Source: the human T2T-CHM13v2.0 reference genome, Homo sapiens. Taken from it: 64,000 bases of DNA. Under the pieces are notes generated by a model, which was given only the letters and a program-made list of their open reading frames with translations, was not told the DNA's origin and searched no databases. Location: assembly GCF_009914755.1 (NCBI RefSeq), contig NC_060947.1; one strand, 5' to 3'. Positions 30,208 to 45,499 of this stretch are shown piece after piece. Numbering within the stretch: the first letter of the stretch is position 1; each line of letters starts with the position of its first letter. The translations under genes and the position numbers were made by a program.

Positions 30208-30581
30208 GATGTGGGGGATGAAGGCAGAAAGATTGAGTCTAGGGTTGGAAATAAAATTGGGAAACCTTTTTATTTTGTCAAAAATGCATTTAATATTTTA
30301 TCCATATATGCAGATTTCTCAAAATTCTATAATCAAAAGTTGTTATCTTATCCAAGAAAAATGTACTCATCTTTTAGATGCTTTTACATCTAAGTTCTGA
30401 ATGTAAAGACATAATTGCACACACAAATGCACCTATGCATAGTTCGGACAAAAGTTTGCTACTCTCAGTCATAATATTGGTGCATTAAAATATAGTTATC
30501 CTTTCCTAGAGATAAAGTCATTTGACAATATTTAGGCACCAGTCATCTGAAAGGTCATTGGGTTTCATTAAAAAAGTTAAT

Positions 30582-30852
30582 AGCAAACTATCGCAAGGAC
30601 AAAAAACCAAACACCGCATGTTCTCACTCATAGGTGGGAAATGAACATGAGAACACTTGGACACAGGAAGGGGAACATCACACACCAGGGCCTGTCGTGG
30701 GGTGGGGGGAGGGGGAGGGATAGCATTAGGAGATATATCTAATGCTAAATGACGAGTTAATGGGTGCAGCACACCAACATGGCACATGTATACATATGTA
30801 ACAAACCTACACGTTGTGCACATGTACCCTAAAACTTAAAGTATATATATAT
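30582..30852 (+). mobile_element. Short L1PA (L1PA3/4-like) 3' end with (TA)n tail
   Basis: 'agcaaactatcgcaaggacaaaaaaccaaacaccgcatg...taccctaaaacttaaagtat'. TSD aaaaa(a/c)gttaat. Confidence 0.93.
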
Positions 30853-31394
30853 AAAAACGTTAATCTGACTAATATTGCCTTAGGCCTTAATTTTCAAAAG
30901 CCATGCTTTAACTTGTCAGAAAAAGCGTACTACCTTATGTTCCCTCTAGAATCTCTATTCTTAGACACTCAGGGGAAAAAAAAATACTCTTGCTGCAACC
31001 ACAATCGGTAATTGCCAGTTTGAAACTGAGGTCAAAAGACATTATTATCCTTTAAAATAGACAAAAATTAAAACAAGTATAATTAGAAGCCCAGTGATGA
31101 ACAGTCACAGTGACAGAGTGACATCAATCCAGTTGTTTCCACTGACCAAAACATTTTTGCGGAAAAGACAGAAAACGTATTTATACAGATAAAAATGACA
31201 AATTCAAGAATATATGCCAGTTACTTTGAAATAGCTTGAGCAATTAGTCAACAAATATCTAGCCAGAAAAATTTTGCTCCACTGCCCAACACATGTATAC
31301 ATTGGGAGACCCTTCTCTGTTCTATGACCTTAACTATTCTGTTTTTGATACTTGTTTATAAGTCAGTCTTCTTGTCTGCTTGAAGAAAAACGTA

Positions 31395-31705
31395 AAAAAT
31401 AGAAAGAAAAAAGGAAAGAAAGAGACAGAAAGAAAGAAAAAGAAAAAAGAAAGAGAAAAAAAGAAAAAGAAAGAAAGAAAGAAAGAAAGAAAAGGAAAGG
31501 AAGGAAGGAAGGGGAAAGAAAGAAAAAGAAAGAAAGAAAAGAAAAAGAAAGAAAGGAAAAAGAAAGAAAGAAAGAGAGAAAAACAGAAGGAGAGAGAGAT
31601 GAGAGGGAGAGAGAGAGTGAAGGGGAGAGAGAGTGAGGGGAGAAGAGAGCGAGAGTGTGTGTGTGTGTGTGTTTGTGTGTGTGTGAGAGAAAGAGAGAGA
31701 GAGAA
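31395..31705. repeat. Compound purine-rich simple repeat (GAAA/GGAA/GA)n followed by (GT)n
   Basis: Seen directly. It explains the K/E/R-rich spurious ORF 31380-31721. Confidence 0.95.
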
Positions 31706-32256
31706 ATTTTCAGTCTCCTGAGGAAAGTTAGTTTTTTAAAGGAATTTTTTGTTTGTAATTTTCAATCTGAGTCCCCAGTACTTTGCAAAAGAAGTTCATA
31801 GAGAAATATGTTTGTTAACTGATTAGATGAGCGAACCTACTAGGTACAATTAGTTCTGGGTACTAATGGAACAGGACACAAATCTAAAATGCAAACAGCT
31901 TCAGAATCATCTCAAAGAATGTGGTATGGGATGAGCCATGAAAATCAAAACAGACAAATGTAATAAGTGAAAATATTTATTTTAAAAATCCATAGAAATT
32001 TTAGAAGTCTTCAGAGTTTTGGTTCTTTTTTTTTGGTGGTAGTGGAAGAGCATAGTGAGAAATAATAGAAAATATATTTAACATGCAGGTGGAGACTTTT
32101 TAAATGCTCTATGAGTTGAGATTTGCAGATGAGAAAGCTATGGGAAAGAGGATGGAGGCTGAAGAATGCCATTCCATAAAATGGCAAGAGCTACCATATG
32201 CTGTATCCAATAGTTCTAAGATATGTTGAAAAAAATATCAGTAGGGTAGTCAAGAA

Positions 32257-32345
32257 TCATACTATTTGTCTTGGAGCATCATACTATTTGTTTGGAGTAT
32301 TATACTATTTGTTTTGGAGTATCATACTATTTGTTTTGGAGTATC
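32257..32345. repeat. ~22-bp minisatellite, 4 copies
   Basis: Unit tcatactatttgttttggagta is repeated four times with small variants. Confidence 0.9.
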
Positions 32346-32519
32346 TTAATGGCAGTAGATGCAATGGCTTTGTTGCAAAATGTTAGGACAACATGAGCTG
32401 AGCTATATATTTTGGTTCTGTCAAATCACATATTGGCATCTGATCTTTGAAATATTGTCTTATTTATATAAGCCTTAGTATTCTGATCTCTAAAACATGT
32501 GTTGCAAAAATATCTACAG

Positions 32520-35010
<2,491 letters not shown>

Positions 35011-35035
35011 TTTGCCACTTCCCACCTGTTAGATT

Positions 35036-35677
35036 TGAAACAGCCTCATTGTCTGGGGTGATACCCGATGTTCATTGTCTCACAGCATGGAGAACAAGGA
35101 TGCAGACACAGAAAGAGTGATTTTGAGAATGGAAGTTGAATAGTTGAAGGAAAGAAAATAGCTCTCCTACAGAGAGGGGTCCTGAAAAAATGGCTTACCA
35201 GTCCTCAGAGAAATGCAGGGGGGTGTATAGATGAGTGGTGGGGAGGTGGTATATGATGTAGGTAGCTCAAACAAAAAAAAAAACTGGTTAGACCAGGTGT
35301 GCCATTTGCATAGGGCATAAATTTCTGGTAGCCCCCAACCTAATCTTTTATAATGCAGGCTGGGTCTCTTCCTGAGCTGTGCCATGTTGCCCATTCCTTT
35401 GTTCCTGTACACGCTGTAACAAAAAAAGGGAATATGGAGCCTCCATGCCTGGACATGCCTGGTCCCCAGGTAGCCTTTTTCTATTGGTGCAGCTACCAGC
35501 ATTCCCCCGTGCAAGCTTCTAGCTTCCTTATTTATGTTTGCAGCTCATTTTTTCAGGCTGCTCTTTGTTAGAAAACAAAATGATTTTGGCAGATGCTTTT
35601 TTTGGACGGGAAATTCTGCAAAGGACTCTTTTGCCCTCACTATCTGCCTACGTAATTTATTTCTACCTCCTGTATTA
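35036..35677 (-). repeat. 3' LTR of the provirus (642 bp)
   Basis: Preceded on the - strand by the purine tract 'gatgggggaga' (~35678-35688). Confidence 0.9.
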
Positions 35678-35819
35678 TCTCCCCCATCAAGAGTGGAAAC
35701 CCTAACTGCTCTTGGGGGTGGGGGGCTGGATGATGACTTCTTATGACTACTTTCTGCTGGAGAGGGCGTCGTGTGAGGAACAGCATCTAGGGCTCCTCCT
35801 GGGGTCAATATAAGGGTCC

Positions 35820-36000
35820 TCAGAAGAAAGACATGTCCATGCGTGGTTCCATCTGCAGCACCATTTGGAGCTTAATAGCTTCTAGGCAAGAAGAGATCAA
35901 TTTTACAAGGTTTAGAATACAGGTTTCGAATATGAGTGTTAAGATTACCACTATTAGTGGGGGTACCATAGGCCATAACCATGACAATGGAGTTTGATAG
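35820..36000 (-). pseudogene. ERV env remnant (TM C-terminus only)
   Basis: LSWLWPMVPPLIVVILTLIFETCILNLVKLISSCLEAIKLQMVLQMEPRM resembles the membrane anchor and cytoplasmic tail of HERV-W/HERV9-type Env. Confidence 0.8.
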
Positions 36001-36627
36001 CCGTTCTGATGGATTTTAATACTGGTTTTCTCCACCAGATGTCGCTCTACTTTACCAAAAATGTTAATATAAAAGCAACATTTGTTTCTTTGAGAAAAAC
36101 ATATATTCCCCTGTGACTTCCTGTTAGAAGATAATTTTAGGTCTGGGCCATCTTTTATAACTTCCGATATGATTGGGAGAAATACATTATTGGGTGGCTA
36201 GAGTAACTTTAGTGTTAACTTTGGCTACGTAATCCCTGTAGTTATTAATCCTGTTATAAAGACGATAATTTGGCTGTTAGAGCAATTAGAATTTTCTATT
36301 TAGAATTCCACATCTCAGGTGCCTTGCCCTACTATAAATGGTATGGTGAGTATAACAATTCACACATGGATGGTGTAGTAAATAACTTCCATCTAAAATT
36401 TTACTCACCAAGATATAGAATTTTCCTTTGGGGGTTTAGGAAGTTACAAATATAATCTCATAGATAATCAAAACGTCCCTGAAAATATGCATCAAAAAAG
36501 TTGTAATACCTGGCAGCAAATTTTGAGAGGCAAGGTAGAGATAACTGAAAGTATCTGGTAATGTAGGGGTGAGACTGACTAGGATGAGTAGCTCTCACTC
36601 ATTTACTTATCTTTTATGATTTTCAGC

Positions 36628-39600
36628 TTAAGAGCCCCTCTTTTTACATTGATATCCAGGATGTTCCTTTGGGCCATCCGGGGCTGCTCTCTCAGCTTTC
36701 AAGGCTTTGACTGGAGTGTGATGTATCCGGGAGTTGATTCCTCTAACTTTTACTACTGAAGGGGTTGAAAGAACAGTGTAAGGCCCTTGCCAGCTTAGGC
36801 TTAAGGAGGGAGAGCGAGAGGGTAGAGCCTTAACCAATACCAAATCTCCTGGGTTAAATAAAGGTGGTCCTATTTCTTGGGGTTGGACTTCTGCTAATTG
36901 TGTTAACTCCTGTCGGAAGTGAGTCTGAGAGGTTACATGTTTAACCAATTTAGAGGTTTCCTGGTCTAATAGGAAATCACTGGTAAAGAAAAGCCATCCA
37001 TGCAGCCTTTCAAAATGCCTTAGATCTAACTTTGAAGGGGTATTTCTTACCCACAATAAAGCCATGGGAAGAAGAGTGACTCAAGGAAGGTGAGTTACTT
37101 GGGACAGTTTTCCGAGTTGTATTTTGACAACATCATTTGTCTTCTTTACCCTTCCTGAGAACTGGGGTCTCCAAGCACAATGGAGATTATATTGTATGAC
37201 TAGTGACTTTGAGACCTTCTGTGTGATGCTGCCTTAAATGAGGGATCGTTTTCGCTTTGAAAGTATTTAGGTAGACCAAAACAGGAAGTTATTTCATTAG
37301 CACTTTTATTACCTCAGAAGACTTTTCTGTGTGGCATAGAAATGCTTCTACCCAGTTAGCAAAAGTATCTACCCATACCAGGAGGTATTGGATGTCCTTC
37401 GTCTTTGGCATGTGGGTGAAGTCTATCTGCCAGTCCTCCCCTGGATAGCTTCCCATCCTTTGGGTTTGAGAAGCAAGAGCCGTCTGTTAAGGGGATTATT
37501 TTTAAGGGAGACTTTACAAGCATTAACAACTTGTTTGACTGTTTTTGTAAAGTTCTCTCCCGAAAACAATCTCTGGGCACACGGGTAAGTTTTGTCTTTT
37601 CCCAAGTGAAAAGCTTGGTGGAGGATTTTAAGAACTTTCCACTGGCTGGAGGATGGCAAGTGGAGTTTGCCATCCTCTGACTGTAGCTATCCTGAGGCTT
37701 AGAAAATGTACCCTTGAGAGATGGCCCATTCTATCTCTACAGCAGAGTACTGAGGCTTAATGTCTCTTATTTAGCCAACCCAAATTAGAGAGACTTTAAA
37801 TGTATTGAGTCCCTGAGGCTTTCTTGCTGCTGATTTGGCTGTCTGATCAGCTAACTTGATCTTTCGGCTATTTCATCTGTTCCCTTCTGATGTCTCTTAC
37901 AATTAATCACTGCTACTTCTCGTGGAAGAAAAACTGAGGATAATAACCTGCTAATTTCCTGATGATATTTTATAGGGGATCCATTAGCATTAAGAAAGTG
38001 TCTTTCCTTCCAAATGGCAGCATGAGCACGAAGAACTAAGAAAGCATACTTGGAGTCAGTGTAAATGTTAGCTACCATTCCCTTGCTTAGTTCAAGTGTC
38101 CTTGTAAGAGCTTTCCGTTCAGATATTTGAGGGCTTGTTTGTGGAGAGAGGGGCACACTTTCAACAACATCGTTCGGAATAACTATTGTATATCCTGCTT
38201 TAAGGACTCATTGGTCCACAAAGGAACTTCTATCTGTGAAGAGAGTCCAGTCCGGATTTTCTAGGGGAGTTTCCCTGAGATCCTCCCTGGCTGCATAAGT
38301 CTGTACCACTATTTGTTCACAGTCATGTTCAGGTTTCCCAGTTTTCTTGAGGAGGAAAGTGGCTGGGTTTAGGTGAGAGCAAGTTTTTAATTGGATTGTA
38401 GGCCCTGCCTACATCAGAGCCCTATATGTAAGGAGCCAGCTGTCTGTTTGCCGAAGGTTCCCACTAGAAGACAGCAATCTGGGCACATTATGTGAGGTAT
38501 AAACAGATAAGTAAGTTATTTCTCAGAGTTAATTTGGTGGCCTCTGTACCAGTAAGGCCACTGTGGTAACTGCTTGGAGGCATGCTGGCCATCCTTTAGC
38601 CACAAAATTAAGTTCCTTACTCAAGTATCCCACTGGCTGTTGAGTGGTTCTAGGGCTTGAGTTAAAACTCGCAGGGCCGTTCCCTTCCTTTCTGATACAT
38701 AAAGATTGAAGGCCCTCTCTATGGGAAGGCTGAGGGCGAGTGACTTAAGTAAGGCTTGTTTTAGCTGATTAAAGGCCTTTTGAGCTTCAGGTTCCAATGT
38801 TAGGAAATCGGTTTTAGCCACTTGAATTTGTTTTATGAGTTGATATAAGAAACAAGCTATCTTACCATACCCAGGTTTTCATAGTCTGCAAAATTTTGTA
38901 ATGCCCCAAAATCCTCTTAGTTGCTTGAGGGTTTTATGGAGGGGGAGAGAAGATGTGGGCTTAAACCTTTCTTTGCTTAATGCTCTAGTCCCTACAGACA
39001 ACACTAAATCCAGATATTTCACTGAAGTTTGGCAAAGATGGGCCTTGGACTTTGAAACTTTATATCCTCTTTTGGCTAAGAAATTTAGAAGAGCTTCAGT
39101 GCCTTTCTGAGAAGCTTCCTCAGTTGGGGCACAGAGCAGAATGTCATCTAGATATTGCAAGACCCTGGCCTGAGGATGGGAGAACCTGTAGAGGTCCTTT
39201 GACAGTGCCTGTTCAAACAAGTGAGGATGGTATCAAAATCCCTGAGGCAGCACTGTTCATTTTAATTAGGTGATTTGGCCAGAAGGATCTTTGAAGGCAA
39301 ACAGTTATTGAAAGTTAGGATGTAACAGTATGCAGAAAAAGGCATCCTTTAGATCTGGAACTGTGAACCATTTAGTTCCCTCAAATATTTGAGCTAGCAA
39401 GGTATAGGGATTAAGGACCACTGGATAAATTGGGACTATGGCCTCATTAATGAGGTAGAGGTACTGAACTAGTCTACATTCCCCATTGGGTTTTTTCAGT
39501 CCTAATATTGGGGTATTGCAGGGGCTGTTACAGGGTTTGAGAAGGCCCTGCATTTTCAGGTTACTAATAATGGCTTCTATTTTTTTCCTAGCCTCTGGCT

Positions 39601-40020
39601 TTAGGGGATATTTTGTCTGGTTAGGGAAAGAAGAGGAATCCTTAAAGTGGATCCAGATTGACCTAGTGGTTATAGCATGACCTATTCTTCTTTGAGTTGC
39701 CTACACTTCTAGATTAATACTAGCTTCCACCAGGGAGAGAAAAAGAGTTTGTCCCATGGCTATAAGGATGCTGGCCCCCATGTGAGCTAAAGTGTCTCTA
39801 CCTAATTAAGGAGTGGGGCTTTCAGGCATGATTAGTAAGGCATGTGTAAATAATAGGTTCCCCCAACTACAACTAATGGGTTGAGAAAAACATTGGGTTA
39901 TAATCTTCCCTGAGACATCCATCAATGTCATGCAATGGGAAGAGGGAAGGCCTGGGTTAGAGAGAAGAGAGCGACTAGATCCAGTGTCCAGAAAGAGGTC
40001 CACCTCCTTCCTTCAATTTC
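36628..40020 (-). pseudogene. ERV pro-pol (protease, RT, RNase H, integrase), disrupted
   Basis: Protease LDTG (39806-40003); RT SPCNTPILGLKKPNG, DLKDAFF, LQYLDDILL; RNase H NIYTDSKYAF; IN C-terminal WQGPYTVL. Fragmented across frames. Confidence 0.92.
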
Positions 40021-40029
40021 TAGAATAAT

Positions 40030-41563
40030 CTGGGTCCCCTGAGCAGTAATGGCAGTTTGAACCACTGGAGCTGGGGGTCTGAGTCTAGGGACCTGTCCGT
40101 CCTGTTGGACTATCTGTGAGATTATCTCTGAACCTGGTGACCTCTATCTTTGTAGGCAGTCTGACCTCCAGTAGTCCCTGCCACAGGTTGGAGAGGGTCG
40201 AGGTGGCTTCTTCTTGCTGCCTGAGCAATCTTTCTTAAAGTGCCCTGACTTGCCACACTGGTAGCAATTAGTGAATGCACCTTGGGGATCCTGTACTTTG
40301 CAAGCCCTCAAAGCAGCCATTAGAGCCTCTGTTTTTCTCTTGTGTTCCCTCTCTTTCTCTTGAGTCTCCCCTGTTTCCTATTATAAAAGACTGAGGTGGC
40401 CACTATCAGGAGGCTTTCCAAGTTCTATCCGGTCCTGTAGCCTGCTTCTGCAGTTTCATTCTAATATTTGGAGCTCCCTGTGTAATGAACTTGTTATTTA
40501 GTATTAGCTGTCCCTCCACTGAATCAGGGGATAAAGAGGTGTGTTTTGTTAGTGCCTCCCTCAGCCTTTCCATAAAAGCTGAGAGATTCTCATCTGGCAT
40601 TTGGTCTGTCATGGACAGTTAGAGTAATTACAAGGTTTAGCCCTAGTTCTTCCTAGGCCCTCCAATATGCTCATTAAAAAGTGTTTCCTTTTCCGTTTAC
40701 CTGTGGAGTCAGGGTTGTGAAGAAGTACTCTGTCTCTTCCTGTCGGAAATGATTGTTCCCCTATTTTGTCACCTTCCTTATTTTCACTTTTCCTTTTTGG
40801 TCTGCTATAGGAGACATATTGCTCATGTCTGAAATTCTCTGCTGTCTGCAGAACTGCCTGTTTTTCAGCAGCGGTTAGGGTTTGGCTTAGGAGCAGCATA
40901 ACATTCCTCTATGTGAAGTCAAACACCTGAGTTAAATTTTGGAAAGCCTCTATACACCTATCAGGGTCATCAGAAGATTGACCTATGTCTCTATTTGCTT
41001 AGGTCCTGCAATGAGAAGGAAACTTGCACTCTAGTGACATCACTTCCATTGGACATTTCCTGTAGGGGTAAGAGTGAATCTGGGGGAATGGGGAGTTTTG
41101 GAGGTAGTAAAACTGGAGGAGCTGATGGTGCTGTTAAAGGGGGCCCCAAATAAGGAGGACAGGAAGGGCTGGGACACTCAATAAGTGCCTCAGATTGTTA
41201 CCCCAGGAGTTATTTTTCTAGTTTGGGGGAATCAGTCCCTTTGGGCCTGCCTGATATGACTGCTAAAAGAGCTAGGTCGATTGTGCAATGCTTGCTAATG
41301 TCTGGATTGTCTCACAAGGCAAAGAAAGCCTGTACATAGGGGACCTCAAACCATTTGCCCTTCCATCTACAGAAAATATCTAATTGTTGGATAGCATTAA
41401 AATCATGGCTTCCCTCAGCTGGCCAGGTTGATTCGTGATGGTAAGATGGCCACATCCTTCTGCAAAAGAAAATGAGCTTTTCAAAGTATTGGGGGTAAAA
41501 GGAGTCCCAGTGCTTCAGAATGCACTCAAGGGGAGTGAAGGCCAAAGATGGTCTGTTACACAC
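40030..41563 (-). pseudogene. ERV gag, disrupted
   Basis: MA-like [13 protein letters not shown]...[11 protein letters not shown]; CA-like ENLSAFMERLREALTKHT; NC zinc knuckle CYQCGKSGHFKKDC at ~40225-40266. Confidence 0.9.
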
Positions 41564-42823
41564 TTACAAAAGGAAGGGAGAAAAGGGTGCCCCTTTAGTT
41601 TCTTTCCTTTCCTTTGGAATGACTCTTGGTGTAGAGGAACACAGCAGGAGCATCCCCCAAACTGTTTTCCCTCCTTGGTTCCCTGGGTTCCAGCATCCAC
41701 TAAAGGTGTCACCCATGTTTGCAGGCATAAACCTTAGCCTTGGATCTGGAGGAGCTAGTTCATATTGTAACAGTTGTAAAGTATACTCTGTTGAGCTCCA
41801 TACTTTGCTATTATGGCCTGGACTAAAGCATTTATTCTTAGGCAGTGCCCCTGGTTAACATTCAGATATAAAATCCCCTTACTTGTTTAAATAACATTTT
41901 AATTGGAGGCAGAATAGGTGAATTAAAAGAACATAGGGACTGAATGGCAGTCTTCCTGCTGACGGAATAGTATTGAGATGAAAATTTTGTTTTAGAGGAC
42001 ATTTTTCTCCTTATTTTTGTAGACAGAGTTTTCCCATTCACAGAAGAGTCATAAGTCCTCTTCTCCAGTAGAGGGGTGAAAAGGGGAGGAGAATTGGGAA
42101 ACTAGAGTGTTTCAGCAAAAGACTGACAAGGTGTCTCATGGAGAGGATTCATATTCTACTAGGTGGTGCTATAGACATTAAAATATCACCTGCTCTTCAG
42201 ACAAGGGTAGAAAGTGATACATTCACTGGGTTGGGGGGTGGAGAGACCCTCTGTTCCTAGAAAATTACAAAAATGGCATTCCCTTGAACTGTATCCTTGG
42301 TTACTATGGCATTTGCTAATTTTGCTTAACAGGATTATGTCCCTGAGCTGTAAAAGTTTTTGCAGCATTGCATATAGAGAGGGGACAGGAGAAATTGTGG
42401 TCACGGAAAGAAAAGAATAAAAATTTTGATAGAAAATGCCTGGAGATCCTGTTGCCAATGCCCAATGGGCATTCAGAGGTTGGGGTAAGTCCAGAAGCCT
42501 TCAGGTAGCACCAGGGTGTAGCTCTAGCCAGGAACTGTCAGTTCCAGCCCAATGCAACAGCTAGGCTCTCCATGAAAAAGAAACCAGTTCAAAACCGAGC
42601 TGACATTCACAGCACCCTGAGGGCACGGGAGGATTTGCTAAGTTATACCCAGTAAGCCTGTCATCTGAGTCTTGAGAATGGTGGTCACCCTAAAGGTCTC
42701 TTAACTCACCATATGACACCCATTTCTTAGTTTGATTTTAAAATCGAGGGCAGAAGGCCTAGAAATGAAAGTAAAGAGTTGGGGTACACTCCTATACTCA
42801 CCCTTCTGATCAATCTACCCTGG

Positions 42824-42841
42824 ATCCCGAGCGAGCTCCCA
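42824..42841 (-). promoter_or_regulatory. Primer binding site, tRNA-Pro type
   Basis: The - strand reads tgggagctcgctcgggat, matching the Pro PBS TGGGGGCTCGTCCGGGAT at 15/18, 3 nt downstream of the 5' LTR. Confidence 0.85.
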
Positions 42842-42844
42842 CAA

Positions 42845-43387
42845 TGAAATGGCCTCATTGTCTGGGGTGATACCCAATGTTCATTGTCTCATGGCCACAG
42901 AGGACAAGGACAGAGACACATAAAGAGTGAGCTTGAGAGCGAAATTTTAGTAGGTGAAAGAAAGAGAATAACTATCTGCTGCAGAGATGGGTCCCAGAAA
43001 AACTGGTTGCTGGTCTTCCGTGAAATGCAGGGGGTTTTATAGATGAGCTGGTGAGGACATGGTGTCTGATTTACATAAGGCACAAAAAGCTGGTTAGACC
43101 AGGTGTGCCATTTGCATAGGGTGCAAACTTCTGGTAACCCCCACCCTAATCTTTTATTATGTAGGCAGGTTCTCTGCCTGTGCTGCACCATGTTACCCAT
43201 TTCTTTGTTCCTGTACATGAGGTAACAAAAAAAGAAAGATGGAGCCTCCATGTTAGAAATGCATAGTCCCCAGGTAGACCTTTTCTGTCTTCACAGCTAC
43301 CCCCATGTAATTTTCTAACCCCCATTCCCCCGTGAGCTTCTAACTTCCTTATTTAGGTTTGCAGCTCTATTTTTCAATCCTGTATCA
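42845..43387 (-). repeat. 5' LTR of the provirus (543 bp, ~110-bp deletion relative to the 3' LTR)
   Basis: Aligns with 35036-35677 but lacks the segment ~35557-35667. Ends 'cctgtatca' on +. Confidence 0.9.
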
Positions 43388-43732
43388 GATTAACTATTAT
43401 CAAAACGATAAAAGCTAACAAGTGTTGGCAAAGATGTAGAGAAAAGTAAACTCTTATACACTCTTTGTGGTATATATTTTTTTTTTTGTTTTCTGGAAAA
43501 ATAACATGGGATTTCCTCAAAAATGACTACAGTTAACAATAATGTATTATATATTTCAAAATATCTGATAGAATTTTAGATGTTCATGCTACAAAGAAAT
43601 GATAAATATTTGAGGTGATAGATATGCCAATTAGCTTAATTTTATGATCTCAGAACGCATACATGTATCAGATCATCACATTGTACCTCATAATATACAC
43701 AATCATTATTTGTCAATTAAAAATAAAATACA
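43388..43732 (+). mobile_element. L1MA-type 3' fragment, host of the provirus (left part ~35012-35035)
   Basis: The flanks rejoin as 'cccacctgttagatt|aactattatcaaaacgataaaagctaacaagtgttggcaaagatgtagag', which is L1 ORF2 3' sequence. An L1MA-type tail follows. Confidence 0.8.
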
Positions 43733-44053
<321 letters not shown>

Positions 44054-45370
44054 TTAAAAGGTTATTAATCAAAAGCAACAAGAAATGGGACAACATCAAA
44101 CATTTCAGATGAGAATTTTATTTATTTAGGTGTCATATTATAATATTCAAATTGCCCAATTGACAACCAAAAAAATTAAGGCATGTAAAGACTTGAATTA
44201 ATACATATGAGATTTTTATAATTGCACATATCAACAAAATTTATGAGTAAAGATAGCAATAAATAAAAAGAGACCTTAAAGAAGACTCATCTTTGAACTT
44301 TCTAGAAAAATACTTAAAATCAGCTATTTTAAGTAGTTATTTATATACTGTAAATATGTTTTATAGGCAAAAAAGCAGTAATACATAAATAATTTAAAAA
44401 TATGAGAACAACATCACTTGAACGGAGATGTAAATTATGAAAAGAAATCAAACACTTTAGTTCAAATTATAATAACTAAAATGATTATAGCAAGGAGAAG
44501 GAAAAATTAGAAGAAAGTTCAATTATGATTTTTTAGTCTAAGAAACAGAAAATTTATGAAGCAAAAGTAACAAAATTATTATGACACAACATTAACTTTA
44601 CTGATATATACACAATGGGAGTCCCAGGAAAAATGGGAGAGTCAGATAAGTGAGGACCAATATTTGAAGTCATAATGGCCAAAAACATCACAAATTATAT
44701 GAAATGTTTAAATCTACCCATCTAAGTATCTCAACAACCTCCAAGTACCATAAACTCAAAAGATCTAAACTGAGGCATATCATAAGCAACCTACTGAAAG
44801 ACAAAAATTATTTTGAAAATAGAAGTGACTTACCAGATACACACACACACACACAAATCTTTGTATCTGGTCTTAAATAAGAATAACAGATTATTACTAA
44901 TAATAAACCATGGAGGCTGGAAAGCAGTGGGATGGCATACTGAAAGGAAAAACAAAACTGTCAAATAAATTCTATAGTTTGCAAAGTATTCTTCAAAAAT
45001 AAAAATATAAACAATGGGATATAAAGTATAAGAAAAAGCAAATGGAAATTCTAAAGCCAAAAACTGAATAACTAAATTTAAAAATTGAGCAAAAGCGTTC
45101 AGCAACATATTTTAACAGGGAAAGAAAATAAGTGGCAAACTTGAAGGTAGGAAAATTTAAACTATAAAGTCTGAAGAGTAGGAAAAAAAAACGAGCACAA
45201 CCTAAGGTAATTGTTGAAAAAAAGTAAAGCATGACAATAATAACAATATACACATTATGAGGATTCTAGAAGAAAGAGGAGACAGAAATATTATTTAAAT
45301 AAATAATATCTCCAGAATTCCCAAATTTGATAAAGGATATGAAACTACAAATTCAAAAAACTCAACAAAA

Positions 45371-45499
45371 GAGTTAATGGGTGCAGCACACCAGCATGGC
45401 ACATGTATACATATGTAACTAACCTGCACATTGTGCATATGTACCCTAAAACTTAAAGTATAATAATAATAAAATAAAAATAAATAAATAAATAAAAAA
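45371..45499 (+). mobile_element. Very short young L1PA (L1PA2/3-like) 3' tip
   Basis: 'gagttaatgggtgcagcacaccagcatggcacatgtatacatatgtaactaacctgcacattg...' plus an A-rich tail. Confidence 0.9.

Larger units (their letters stand above)
35036..43387 (-). mobile_element. Class I (gamma-like, ERV1) endogenous retrovirus with two LTRs, tentatively HUERS-P3/LTR9-like
   Basis: Direct-repeat LTRs at 35036-35677 and 42845-43387 (both begin 'tgaaa..gcctcattgtctggggtgataccc' on +). 4-bp TSD gatt at 35032-35035 and 43388-43391. PBS, PPT and decayed gag/pro/pol/env on the - strand. The family name is from memory and unverified. Confidence 0.93.

Noticed and set aside
31380-31721. 113-aa K/E/R-rich ORF
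   Set aside because: Translation of a simple purine repeat.
35820-36035. Possible syncytin-like co-opted env
   Set aside because: Only the TM tail survives, with no long env ORF, signal peptide or SU.
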